64,000 nt of DNA from Pseudomonadota bacterium (GTDB lineage: Bacteria; Pseudomonadota; Gammaproteobacteria; Burkholderiales; Burkholderiaceae_C), in contig JAZKHN010000089.1 in the NCBI GenBank assembly GCA_040385325.1, positions 2,169 through 66,168 of the forward strand. The letters run 5' to 3'. The notes below the pieces were generated by a model. That model saw only the letters and a program-made list of their open reading frames with translations, ran no database searches and was not told the DNA's origin. The position numbers and the translations under genes were made by a program. How positions within the stretch are numbered: the stretch's first letter is position 1; every line of letters begins with the position of its first letter. Of the stretch, positions 53,563 through 63,171 are shown piece after piece.

Positions 53563-54149
53563 CGACAGTCGATCAGCAAGCGGCGCTGGAAGCGCCAGTC
53601 GTCGCGTGGGCGTATTTTGTAGAGATGGAGTTCGCCAGCACCACCCTGCGGCTGTGTAACTTCAACAAGCCTTTCATCTGGGGCGGGTTTACGTGGCAGG
53701 GTCTGGGCAGTCTGGGCAGCATCAGCGAGATCAAGGCCAGCGAGAAGATCGAACCCAATCCGGTCATTCTGGGCCTGAACATCGCCCAGCCGGACTGGCT
53801 GGCGTTCGGCATCGGCCCTGTAGAGGAATACCGCGGCCTGCCAGTACGCATCTATCAATGCCCGCTGACCCCCCAACACACGCTGATTGACGATCCCATC
53901 CTGGCCTGGGAAGGGGACATGGACGTTGTTGCCGTTAGCACTGAGGACGGCAACGAGGAGGTCGCGGGCACGATCAGCATGCGCTGCGAGCCACCCTCGA
54001 AGCGTCTGCGCCGTCGCGTGCCGTTGCGCGTCAATGCCAACCAGCAGAAAGCACGGTACCCCGGTGATACCGGCCTCGACTATCAAGCTGACCTGTTGAA
54101 CACCCCGGTGACCTGGCTGAGCCGGGCCTTCCAGTTGCAGAACACATGA
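53559..54149 (+). CDS. Tail tip/baseplate hub-like protein
   Basis: WGGFTWQGLGSLGSIS...WEGDMD...QKARYPGDTGLDY. Confidence 0.75.
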   Translation: MTTVDQQAALEAPVVAWAYFVEMEFASTTLRLCNFNKPFIWGGFTWQGLGSLGSISEIKASEKIEPNPVILGLNIAQPDWLAFGIGPVEEYRGLPVRIYQCPLTPQHTLIDDPILAWEGDMDVVAVSTEDGNEEVAGTISMRCEPPSKRLRRRVPLRVNANQQKARYPGDTGLDYQADLLNTPVTWLSRAFQLQNT

Positions 54150-54505
54150 CGTTTGAGCAGTACCTCGGCGAGCGCCTGAACGCGCCATTCGTGTGGGGCC
54201 AGAACGATTGCATTCTTTTCGCCATCGGTTGGCTGAATATCGCCACCGGCAAAAACTGGCTGGCGGCCTTACCGCACTGGTCAACAGCAAAAGAAGGTCT
54301 GCGCATAGTGCAGCAGATCGGCGGCCTGCAGGCGGAGTTCGATAAGAAGCTCTCCCAAATACCGCCAAACCTCGCGCGCAACGGCGACATCACCCTTATT
54401 GGCCGGACAGCCCTGCTGTTTTCAGGCCGCCACATCGTCGCGCCCGGCCTTCAGGGCCTGGTGTTCATCGACAGGACAAAAGCCCCATGCGCCTGGTCGT
54501 ATTAA
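54146..54505 (+). CDS. NlpC/P60-like tail tip assembly protein (DUF6950-like)
   Basis: PFVWGQNDCILFA...ARNGDI. Confidence 0.75.
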   Translation: MTFEQYLGERLNAPFVWGQNDCILFAIGWLNIATGKNWLAALPHWSTAKEGLRIVQQIGGLQAEFDKKLSQIPPNLARNGDITLIGRTALLFSGRHIVAPGLQGLVFIDRTKAPCAWSY

Positions 54506-57500
54506 TTCTTCTGCTGTGCCCTGGGGCTGCATTTGCAGATCCCGTGACCATCGGGGCTGTCCTGAGCTCGACAGCTTTCACCATTGGCACTTACGCCGTC
54601 TCCTGGGGCAGTGTCATCTTCACGGTCGGCTCCATCGTCTACGGGCAGTCCAACGCGCGCAAGCAACAGCAGAAGGCCGCCGATCAGGAGCGTCTTGCCC
54701 GGGCTGCATATGCCGACAGCCTGCAGGACCGCACCGTCTCAGGTGTGACCACCGAGACCCCTTGGAAATATGTCTATGGGTTAGACCGCGCTGCTTGCAA
54801 CCCTGTGGCCATCTTCAGCAGCGGCCCCAATGATGAGTTCAAACACATCGTTGCCCACATTGCCCAGCAGCAGTCCGCCTCCATCGACGAGATCTATCTC
54901 AACAAGCAGCCATTGGGACCGCTTGACGCCGGCGGCAATACAACGGGCGGACTTTTCTATCGGTATCACACCAATGCCTACCGGGAGACAGTGTTCGCAG
55001 TTCCCCATGTGTTCGCAAATGTGCCAAACGCAGGCTCGCTGACGCTTTACAGGCTTGATTCCACGCAGGAAGTACCGCAGCCCGTCTTTCCATCCTTTGT
55101 GCTGAGTAGCGACCGGACCACTCTGGTCAGCATCGACGATCCTCTGGCGCCCCCGGGTAGCTCGTATGAGGCCAGCTTTCAAACCACCACGGGTGAGCCC
55201 ATGGTGACGGTGATCAAGCACCTTGGCGCGCCTGGCCAGACCGTAGACACAGCGCTGCAGGCGGCTGTTGGCGCAGGCAAGTGGCCCAGCACGGCCCGTC
55301 TTCAAGGCCACACGTACATCTACATCAGGCTGAACCTGAACCAACCTGAGTTCCAGGGCGGCATTCCACAGATGGAAGCGTTGTTGCACGGGAAGATCGT
55401 CAGAAACGTCCGCACCGATGTCATGGAGTGGAGCGAGAACCCGGCCGACTGCATCTTTGACTACCTGACCAGCGAACTCGGCGGCGTCAAGGAGTCGTCC
55501 ATTCCCATGGCGGGGTTCATTGCAACCGCCAATGACTGTGATGACGTCGTGAGCACGGGCAGCTGGTCTGGAAAGCGCTACACCTTCAACGGCACGGTTA
55601 CCAGCGATCAAAGCAGCGAAGGCGTGCTTGAACAGATGGCCCAGTCCATGGCCGGCGGCATCGTCTCGCAGGTCTGGGACATCTACGCAGGCAAATATTC
55701 GGCACCTGTGATATCTGTTGGCCAGGAAGACATTGTGGGTGAGGTCGCGCTCAGCCCCGGCCTTGCCTTCAATGATGTTTACAACACGGTGCACGGGCAG
55801 TATGTCGGGGCCGAAAACAATTACATCGCCAACGACTACCAGCCCTATCAGAACGCTGCGTACCTTGCAGCCGACGGCGAGGAGTTGATCAGCAACATCA
55901 ATTTCCCGTTCACCAACAGCCAGCAGCGGTGCACCAACCTTGCCCGTATTGCCATGGAGGACAGCCGCAACAGCTTTTCCATGACCGGCAAGTTCAGTCT
56001 GAAGCTGTGGGGCGTCCGAGTCGGGGAGCGCATCAGTTTCACATCTGCAATCTTCGGCCAGACGAACAAGGTTTTCCGTCTCACCGACAAGAGCTTTGCG
56101 CCTGACCGCTCGATGCAGCTGAGCTTCAAGGAAGACACGGCATCCATCTATGACCTTGCCGACGAGACCGAAGTCGACGCTACGCCCAATACGGGCCTAC
56201 CCAACCCATTCAGCATCGACGCACTGCTATCGCTGACTCTGGAGTCTGGCGATGCGCAGCTGCTGATTCAGGACAGCGGCGACATCGTCTCCCGGATCCT
56301 CGCCACATGGCCGATGACGACGAGCCCGGGGATCATTCAGAACGGCGTTATCCAGATTGAGTTCAGGGAAGAAGGGCAGGACATCTGGCAAAAAGCTGAG
56401 GCGGCCGGGAGCGAGACCTCGGCTTACCTGTCACCGGTCAACGACGGCAAGCTCTATCTGGTACGGGCACGGGCGTTCAATTCGTATCTCAATGCCGCCT
56501 CTGACTGGGTCTACGCGACCCTTCATCAGGTCATCGGCAAGACAGAACCGCCGCCCAATGTCACATATTTCACTGTGCTGGGCCAGACATTCACCTGGAC
56601 GCCCGTTGTCGCAAAGGACCTTGCCGGATATCAGGCGCGCTTTAACTTCGGCCAGAACACGGCTTGGGGCACTGCAACACCTTTGCATTCGGGACTGATC
56701 ACTGAATCCCCATGGACGCCACTTGTGTATCCATCGGGCGCGATCACGGTACTGGTCAAGGCAATAGATACGTCCGGCAATGAGAGCGCCACGGCAGCGA
56801 GTATTCAGACCAATCTGGGCGACCCCATCGTCGCCAACCTGATCGAGACCGTCGACTACAAAGCGCTGGGCTTTCCATCATTGCCCAATAGCTTCATCAC
56901 GCTCGGCGTGGGGCAGTACCTACAGTACGACATCTCTGACTTTCAGAGCTTTTCTCGGGCGTCAGTCGGTGCGTACTACGACGTGGCCGGTGTGCTGCAA
57001 AGCGCAGCAGTCGATGTGCCGCGCTTCGGCTACCACCCTATCACGCACAGCTATCTTGGCCTTTTGATCGAGGCTGCTGAAACGAGGCCGTTCCCGCATT
57101 ACCTCAAGTTCGACGGCACCAATGACGCCATGGGCACTGCCGCGTTCGTAGCAGGCACGCTGACGAACAACATGGATGCCTTCTTTGTGGTGCGCAGGGG
57201 CGGCGCAGGTACGGCCACGCTGGGTTATGACTCGGGCGCCACAAAGTTCTTTGCCAGCATGGAGTCAGGCTCTGCCGTGGTGGCCCACGCCAACGCCGGC
57301 ACGCCGACCTATCTGGTCAATGGCGTGGCGGTTGCCGGTGGCACTGCAACCACACGGGGCCAGTTGCACACGGCGCTGGCCGTGGGGCCGTTTTCCATTC
57401 TTGAGATTCGCAACCTCGACCTGTCTACCTGGACCGACTTTTTTACGGGTGGGCTGGCCAGCTACCGGCTCAATGGCGGTATCGCTGGCATGGTGATATG

Positions 57501-59076
57501 CCCTGCGCAAAGCAATGCCAAGCGCGCCGAAATTCGTGATTATTTTTACAACGTGCTCGGCAAATACAGGGCGATGTACGGCACAGCCTACCCGCGCTCG
57601 GACGCACTGATCAGCGACCTGTTCGCCAGTGGCCAGTCGGGCCTGTGGGTCAAGCCCAGCGACTTGCCAACCTTGTTCCAGGACGGTGCAGGCACCACGG
57701 TGACTGCTGTAGAGCAGTCTGTGGGCAAGGCCAGCGACAAGAGCGGGCGCGGTCACCATCTAGTGCAGGCAACGTCAGGCAACCGGCCAGTGGTGTCTGC
57801 GCGTATGAATTTGCTAACCAAGACGGAGTTGTACAGCGACGCTGCATGGGTGAAGCTGGGTGGCGGGACGGGACTCGCACCCGTTGTCACGCCGAATGTT
57901 GCCATCGCTCCAGACGGCACCATGACGGCTGACCGCGTTGTCTTTGATAAAGGCGCGGGCACGGCGTCCACAGATTTTTCGCGCTTACAACCGTTCTCGA
58001 CGGGCATAACTATCGCAGGCCAACCAACCGTGGCATTTATCTGGCTCAAGTCTGCTACGGCCAGCAGTTACATGATGCGATTGGACTTTAACGGCTCTGG
58101 TTCGAACGGCGTGGGCCTTCCCAGTCTGATTACGGTCACGCCAACGTGGCAGCGGTTTGAAATACGTATCAGCAGTGCAACCGACACGATCAGGGCGATT
58201 ACATTGCGGCTGCGCGGCACATTCAGCACCGATAACTATGCTGATGTGGACGTTTGGGCATCTCAGCAAGAAAACGCAGTTGCTCCGACTGTTTACCAAA
58301 GCGTCAACACCACCACCGATTACGCCACCATCGAAGAAACCCGCGCCGCTGATGTGTGCGAAGTCACCACGGCCATTTACGGCATCGTCAACGGCTCCGT
58401 GGTCGGCGGTAATTTGGTCGCTGACGATTCAGGTGACCTGTTCTGGGGTGCTGATAGCGGGAATTTCTGGGGTGCAGACGGGGCCCTGTTCTGGCCTCCA
58501 TCGACTTACCTGCAGATGGTCTACACGACCACGTACACCATCGAAGACGATCTCGTCGGCTCTCGGCTGACCCTGCTCACCGAAATCGTTGCCGAGTCTT
58601 ACACCATCGAATATCGGTTCGACACCCAAAGCAACTTCTGGGGCCTCGATAGCGATTTCTTCTGGGGTGCAGACACAGACTTGTTCTGGCCTGAGCCCAC
58701 CGAATGGCAGACGTGGCCCGGAGCCATCGAAAACGTGCAGCCCGGTGAAATTCAGTTCCGATTCACCACGCAGGCCGGGGCAGTGCAGGGCGCAATCAAT
58801 GAACTGACGCTGCAGTTTGACGTTGAGGACGAAACAGAGTTCATCAACGACGTGGCGATCGGTGCGCTCGGCACCAGGCTGACCCTCACAAAGAGCTACC
58901 GCTCGATCAAGAACGTGCAACTGACCCTGCAGACAGCTGCAGGCGGTGCCGACCACGCAGAAACCGCAGACAAGTTGGTAGACGGTTTCGTCGGCCCGCT
59001 TGTCTACACCAAAAACGGCGCGAGTCTGACGACCGGCCTTGTCGATGCCTTTATTCAAGGCGTGAAAGGAAGATAG
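54487..59076 (+). CDS. Tail tip / host specificity protein (gpJ-like) with inserted lectin-like domains
   Basis: KYVYG...WSENPADCIFDYL...ANDCD...FNGTV; fibronectin-like VRARAFN and VKAIDTSGNES; 1529 aa. Confidence 0.88.
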   Translation: MRLVVLILLLCPGAAFADPVTIGAVLSSTAFTIGTYAVSWGSVIFTVGSIVYGQSNARKQQQKAADQERLARAAYADSLQDRTVSGVTTETPWKYVYGLDRAACNPVAIFSSGPNDEFKHIVAHIAQQQSASIDEIYLNKQPLGPLDAGGNTTGGLFYRYHTNAYRETVFAVPHVFANVPNAGSLTLYRLDSTQEVPQPVFPSFVLSSDRTTLVSIDDPLAPPGSSYEASFQTTTGEPMVTVIKHLGAPGQTVDTALQAAVGAGKWPSTARLQGHTYIYIRLNLNQPEFQGGIPQMEALLHGKIVRNVRTDVMEWSENPADCIFDYLTSELGGVKESSIPMAGFIATANDCDDVVSTGSWSGKRYTFNGTVTSDQSSEGVLEQMAQSMAGGIVSQVWDIYAGKYSAPVISVGQEDIVGEVALSPGLAFNDVYNTVHGQYVGAENNYIANDYQPYQNAAYLAADGEELISNINFPFTNSQQRCTNLARIAMEDSRNSFSMTGKFSLKLWGVRVGERISFTSAIFGQTNKVFRLTDKSFAPDRSMQLSFKEDTASIYDLADETEVDATPNTGLPNPFSIDALLSLTLESGDAQLLIQDSGDIVSRILATWPMTTSPGIIQNGVIQIEFREEGQDIWQKAEAAGSETSAYLSPVNDGKLYLVRARAFNSYLNAASDWVYATLHQVIGKTEPPPNVTYFTVLGQTFTWTPVVAKDLAGYQARFNFGQNTAWGTATPLHSGLITESPWTPLVYPSGAITVLVKAIDTSGNESATAASIQTNLGDPIVANLIETVDYKALGFPSLPNSFITLGVGQYLQYDISDFQSFSRASVGAYYDVAGVLQSAAVDVPRFGYHPITHSYLGLLIEAAETRPFPHYLKFDGTNDAMGTAAFVAGTLTNNMDAFFVVRRGGAGTATLGYDSGATKFFASMESGSAVVAHANAGTPTYLVNGVAVAGGTATTRGQLHTALAVGPFSILEIRNLDLSTWTDFFTGGLASYRLNGGIAGMVICPAQSNAKRAEIRDYFYNVLGKYRAMYGTAYPRSDALISDLFASGQSGLWVKPSDLPTLFQDGAGTTVTAVEQSVGKASDKSGRGHHLVQATSGNRPVVSARMNLLTKTELYSDAAWVKLGGGTGLAPVVTPNVAIAPDGTMTADRVVFDKGAGTASTDFSRLQPFSTGITIAGQPTVAFIWLKSATASSYMMRLDFNGSGSNGVGLPSLITVTPTWQRFEIRISSATDTIRAITLRLRGTFSTDNYADVDVWASQQENAVAPTVYQSVNTTTDYATIEETRAADVCEVTTAIYGIVNGSVVGGNLVADDSGDLFWGADSGNFWGADGALFWPPSTYLQMVYTTTYTIEDDLVGSRLTLLTEIVAESYTIEYRFDTQSNFWGLDSDFFWGADTDLFWPEPTEWQTWPGAIENVQPGEIQFRFTTQAGAVQGAINELTLQFDVEDETEFINDVAIGALGTRLTLTKSYRSIKNVQLTLQTAAGGADHAETADKLVDGFVGPLVYTKNGASLTTGLVDAFIQGVKGR

Positions 59077-60084
59077 ATGACAACCCTACCCACACGAGCC
59101 GCGATCATTGATCCGGCCACCACCAACGCCGAGCAGAAGACCAACATCGGGGACCAGCGAGACTTCATCGCGGAAATGCTCGGTACAGACAGCAGCAATA
59201 AGGCGGCAGCGAGGGAGCTGTTGGGCCTCGGCCAGCCGCTGATTCAGGACTTCCGGTTGAGCCTCACCACTGCAGTTCCTGTTACCACTGCCGACGTGAC
59301 GGGTGCGACCACCCTCTATGCAACACCCTTCGCGGGAAAGAATATAGCGCTCTATGACGGTACCAATTGGAATGTTCGTCAGAGCGCCGAGTTTTCAGTG
59401 GCGTTGGGCGCGCTCACCGCCTCCATAGGCTACGACGTCTTCTGCTATGACAACGCCGGGGTGCCCACGCTCGAGTTGCTTGCGTGGACCAGCGCGACGG
59501 TGCGGGCTACTGCCTTGGTTCGTCAGGATGGCGTGCTCGTCAAGTCCGGAGCACCGACGCGTCGCTACATGGGAAGCTTTTACACGACCAGCACTACGAC
59601 GACAGCAGATGCCGCAGTGTCCACGTCAGGACGCTATCTTTTCAACTACGCAAATCGCAAGGTCAGGAATTTGCTACTTCAGGTGGCAACTGCCAACTGG
59701 ACCTACACGACCGCGACATGGCGGCAAGCGAACAACTCTGCCTCCAACCAGGTGAACTGGTTTGTGGGGGTCATCGAAGACGCTGTGGAGATTCATGGTG
59801 TCCATGTCGCTGTACCGACCAATGCGGTTGGAACTGCCGCGGCCATCGGCCTGAATTCCACGACAACACCCTCGGGACTCTACGGCAGTGGCAAATCCAA
59901 CTCGTCGAGCAGCATCCCCGGATACGTGCACACGCCCAAGTTGAAGGCACTGCCGCAACTTGGGTTGAACAAAGCCTGCCTGCTCGAGTGGTCCGAGGCC
60001 ATCGACACCACATCCTGGTACGGCGTGGTGAGTTCAAGCAGCCAGCAAATTCAATCCGGTCTTATTGGTGAGGTGATGGCATGA
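59077..60084 (+). CDS. Putative tail fiber / receptor-binding protein
   Basis: Thr/Ala-rich beta-type protein directly after the tail tip gene. Confidence 0.65.
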   Translation: MTTLPTRAAIIDPATTNAEQKTNIGDQRDFIAEMLGTDSSNKAAARELLGLGQPLIQDFRLSLTTAVPVTTADVTGATTLYATPFAGKNIALYDGTNWNVRQSAEFSVALGALTASIGYDVFCYDNAGVPTLELLAWTSATVRATALVRQDGVLVKSGAPTRRYMGSFYTTSTTTTADAAVSTSGRYLFNYANRKVRNLLLQVATANWTYTTATWRQANNSASNQVNWFVGVIEDAVEIHGVHVAVPTNAVGTAAAIGLNSTTTPSGLYGSGKSNSSSSIPGYVHTPKLKALPQLGLNKACLLEWSEAIDTTSWYGVVSSSSQQIQSGLIGEVMA

Positions 60085-60533
60085 ATATTATCGAACTGCA
60101 CAAACTTGTGTCCGCTCAGTGCCCAATTGACGGCCTTGATTCCGATGGCGAAATCTCTTTTAAACAGAGTGCCACCCATGAGCAAAGGAGTGCAGCTGAA
60201 GCACTTGTTGCCGAGCATCTCGATTCTTTGACAACCGAGGTGACACCGACAGAGCGGGTTCTGAACGAGGCGCGGGCGCTTCGCTCGAAGTTGTTGGACG
60301 TCGTAGATGGCCTTCACGGCTCCGCACTTACCAAGGCGATTCTGACTGGCATCAATGATGACGCCGTCGCCATCAACACCTTCAAGGAAGGCTTGCGTGA
60401 CATTACGACGATTGACCTGACGGGCGCAGCGTCAGAAGCCGAGATGCGCATTCTCGTCAGGGACCGCTACAAAGAACTTGCAGCAGCGGCACCGATGTCT
60501 GTGCAACTTGAATTCCTGAAAGCCATCAAGTGA
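60081..60533 (+). CDS. Hypothetical protein (tail fiber assembly-like position)
   Basis: 150 aa; LRDIT motif; coupled. Confidence 0.6.
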   Translation: MNIIELHKLVSAQCPIDGLDSDGEISFKQSATHEQRSAAEALVAEHLDSLTTEVTPTERVLNEARALRSKLLDVVDGLHGSALTKAILTGINDDAVAINTFKEGLRDITTIDLTGAASEAEMRILVRDRYKELAAAAPMSVQLEFLKAIK

Positions 60534-60886
60534 CAACGGTCCTGGTCTGGCTGTGGATGGCGTTCGTCGTCATACCCATGTTGCTTGGCGTCCTGTACGT
60601 CGCAGGAATCCAATACCAGGCTGGCGGCGTTTGCCTTGGGCTTGCACCACTTGCGCTCATTGCCTGGGCAATCGACATCCCGCTCAACTGGTCAGTTTTC
60701 ATCGTCTACCTGTGGGACATCCCAAAACGAAGCCTCAGCGAATGGACGATTTCCCAGAGACTGGCGCGCGTGATATCTGAATCCGGCCGGATGAAGTCTG
60801 ACTACCTCCGTCTGGCCTTGGCCCTCAATGCACTCTGCCCCCATCAGGACCACGTCAAATTCAAAGGAGTAGCTCATGGGGGTTGA
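60530..60886 (+). CDS. Membrane protein
   Basis: Two hydrophobic segments; EWTISQRL...LCPHQDH. Confidence 0.7.
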   Translation: MTTVLVWLWMAFVVIPMLLGVLYVAGIQYQAGGVCLGLAPLALIAWAIDIPLNWSVFIVYLWDIPKRSLSEWTISQRLARVISESGRMKSDYLRLALALNALCPHQDHVKFKGVAHGG

Positions 60887-61472
60887 CATGCCCAGCACCT
60901 TGCTAAGGCTGCAAGAAGACGCCCGAGCCGCGCGCGAAGAATCCCTCAAGGCAAAGATTGCCCTGGCCAATGAGCGCGTACGGTCGCAGGCCCGGCTTGT
61001 GGCCTTGCATTGCCTGGCAGTCTTCGCGCTGGCCATCATGGGCCGCGAGATGGTCGAGCCCGTGAAAAACATCCTCTGGTATCCCGGCAGCTGGGCCTTC
61101 AAGCTGGCCGCGATGTGGCCGGCGCCTTGGGCCACAGTACTCCTGATCTGGTTCAGCGCGGCAATCATGCTGGTCGTGCCGCTGATCGTCATGCTGGCCG
61201 TCGTGCCGAATGAGGACTATCGCAAGTGGGCAGAGGGGCCGGCCGTGGTCGGACTGTTTATGGGCGGCTTCGGGTACGGCATCTTCTCGGTCGCCGCGGC
61301 GCGCCTCGACATACCGCATGTCGTCGCTTCCTACCGTGAAAGCTCGGCCATGTTGCTGCTCGCCGCGCTGCTCGTCTCCTGCTGGCATAACAGCCGGGTG
61401 GTGCGTGCTACCAAGGAGGCTCGGCTTCTCGAAGCGGAAGGGGGTCTGCTATGCGTGGATACCCTCGGCTGA
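60876..61472 (+). CDS. Multi-pass membrane protein (lysis region)
   Basis: About 4 hydrophobic segments; AGGAG RBS. Confidence 0.7.
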   Translation: MGVDMPSTLLRLQEDARAAREESLKAKIALANERVRSQARLVALHCLAVFALAIMGREMVEPVKNILWYPGSWAFKLAAMWPAPWATVLLIWFSAAIMLVVPLIVMLAVVPNEDYRKWAEGPAVVGLFMGGFGYGIFSVAAARLDIPHVVASYRESSAMLLLAALLVSCWHNSRVVRATKEARLLEAEGGLLCVDTLG

Positions 61473-62008
61473 CGAAATACATCGGCCTCAGTGCCTACAT
61501 CCTGATCCTGCTGGTCCAGATGGTCGACAGCGCCCAGGCTGCAAGTCAGGCCGCTGGCCAGCCCGGCTTCGCCACCTGGTTCTGGACACAGGTCCGCTGG
61601 TCCGACTTTGGCACGGCCGCCTTCGTCTCCCTGATCGGCGGTGCCGTCCGCACAGCCATCACCCTGCGCAGTCAGGAGCCTACGGTCCGGGTGCTGGTCG
61701 AGGGCATAGGCGATGCTGTGATCTCCTTTCTGGTCGGCGGTGCCGCCTTCCTGGGCCTGATGGTCTGGCAGGTTTTTTATGGGCCGACAGACCTCTGGGT
61801 AGTCGCCGGCGTGTGCTTCATGTGCGGCCTGTTGCGCGGCTGGGTGCTGACCTGGCTGGAAGACACAGCCAAACGCATGTTGGCCGCCTCCGCTGATGCC
61901 TTCGTGACTGGCGCCGCCACTGCCGCAGGGGCCATCGCCAACAAGTTCGCAGCCATCGCAGCAGCGCGGGCCGCCAGTTCTGAAACACCAAAGGAGCCAC
62001 CAGCATGA
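61451..62008 (+). CDS. Putative holin
   Basis: 3-4 hydrophobic segments; immediately before the endolysin. Confidence 0.6.
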   Translation: MRGYPRLTKYIGLSAYILILLVQMVDSAQAASQAAGQPGFATWFWTQVRWSDFGTAAFVSLIGGAVRTAITLRSQEPTVRVLVEGIGDAVISFLVGGAAFLGLMVWQVFYGPTDLWVVAGVCFMCGLLRGWVLTWLEDTAKRMLAASADAFVTGAATAAGAIANKFAAIAAARAASSETPKEPPA

Positions 62009-62439
62009 ACCTTTCCCCGCACCTTTCCCTCGCCGAGTTCACGATGACCGGGCACCGTTCGCTCGATAACACTTTGCCGACGGCCCTGATGCCAGAGGCG
62101 GAGCGCACCGCTCAGTTGCTGGAGCGCGTGAGGTCGGCGCTGGGCGACAAGCCTATCCTGGTCACCAGCGGCTACCGCTCGCCGGCCGTCAATGCGGCTG
62201 TCGGCAGCGGGCCCGGTAGCGATCATCCAAAGGCTGCAGCCCTGGATTTCCACTGCCCGGGATTCGGCTCAGCCTATGAGGTCGCCAAGCATCTGGAGCC
62301 GCTGGTTGACCAACTGGGCATAGGGCAGCTGATCTACGAGCAGACGTGGGTGCACATCTCCACGCGCATGCAGGCCAAGGCCGTCAATCGCGTTTTGACC
62401 ATGCGCAATGGCAACTACACACCCGGGGTGAATCTGTGA
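62005..62439 (+). CDS. Endolysin, peptidase M15 family
   Basis: LSPHLSLAEF...VTSGYRSPAVNAAVG...SDH...ALDF...QLIYE..WVHIS. Confidence 0.92.
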   Translation: MNLSPHLSLAEFTMTGHRSLDNTLPTALMPEAERTAQLLERVRSALGDKPILVTSGYRSPAVNAAVGSGPGSDHPKAAALDFHCPGFGSAYEVAKHLEPLVDQLGIGQLIYEQTWVHISTRMQAKAVNRVLTMRNGNYTPGVNL

Positions 62440-62762
62440 ACCCGTGGCTGATCCTGGGCGCCGTGCTGGCATGCGCAGGATCCTTCTGGTACGGCACTAG
62501 CGTCGGCGCTGATCGTGAGGTCGCAAAGCGTGCCCAAGACATAAGTCTGGCCGCCGAGGTGGTCGAACTCGCGCAGCAGGGCGCCGCAAAGGCTATTGCC
62601 GAGAACGCCCCAATCAATCGAACCATTGTCCAAAAGGTCCAGCATGAAATATCCACGAATACTGTTTACGCTGATTGCAAGCACAGCCCTGACAGCGTGC
62701 GGCTCATCAACCAGGCTCTCACCGGCCGGGCCGAGCCCGCTGGTGGTGGCAAGTTGCCCTGA
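62436..62762 (+). CDS. Inner-membrane spanin (Rz-like)
   Basis: N-terminal TM NPWLILGAVLACAGSFWYG; C-terminal VYADC...VRLINQAL; GTG start. Confidence 0.8.
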   Translation: MNPWLILGAVLACAGSFWYGTSVGADREVAKRAQDISLAAEVVELAQQGAAKAIAENAPINRTIVQKVQHEISTNTVYADCKHSPDSVRLINQALTGRAEPAGGGKLP

Positions 62763-62877
62763 GCTGACCGAGCTTCCGGACGACACCTTCGGCAGCACGA
62801 CTGCCAAGTTGACAGAGGTGGGCAACCAGTACCGCACCTGCCGGGCCGCTGCGCTCGCGGGTGAAAAAGCTCCTTGA
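62644..62877 (+). CDS. Outer-membrane spanin lipoprotein (Rz1-like)
   Basis: Lipobox MKYPRILFTLIASTALTAC; overlaps the Rz 3' end in another frame; CPEL...YRTC. Confidence 0.82.
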   Translation: MKYPRILFTLIASTALTACGSSTRLSPAGPSPLVVASCPELTELPDDTFGSTTAKLTEVGNQYRTCRAAALAGEKAP

Positions 62878-63067
62878 GCCTGTGCACATAAATGCCGACT
62901 TCCCACCTGAAGGGAAGTTATTCATTTTGGGCAGCACCACCGCGCAGACATGAGCACAGGGTTAAACAATCGCCAAGTGCTTGACCATCATGAGAAAAGT
63001 CGACTTGTCCACCGCTAAGCCCTGACCTCTACTACTACCACTATCTTTAATTCAAAGATATAGATAG

Positions 63068-63100
63068 CAGCCGCTGCCCTTCGGGGTGGCGGCTGTTTTT
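63068..63100 (+). terminator. Late operon terminator
   Basis: CAGCCGCTGCCC-TTCG-GGGTGGCGGCTG-TTTTT. Confidence 0.85.
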
Positions 63101-63171
63101 GCGTTTCAGGCCGTCAAAAAGTACTGCAGGCCAATAGATACGTGAGTGAGCAGCTATTAAAATAATAGCGG

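Larger units (their letters stand above)
1..63100. mobile_element. Temperate HK97/lambdoid-type siphophage (prophage or phage contig), left end outside window
   Basis: Divergent early operons around repressor/cro/cII, then replication, Q, terminase, protease, capsid, portal, tail and lysis modules in lambdoid order. Ends not defined; no integrase or att seen. Confidence 0.95.

Noticed and set aside
54487-60084. Diversity-generating retroelement acting on tail genes
   Set aside because: No reverse transcriptase in the window, and the FWG repeats do not differ specifically at adenines.
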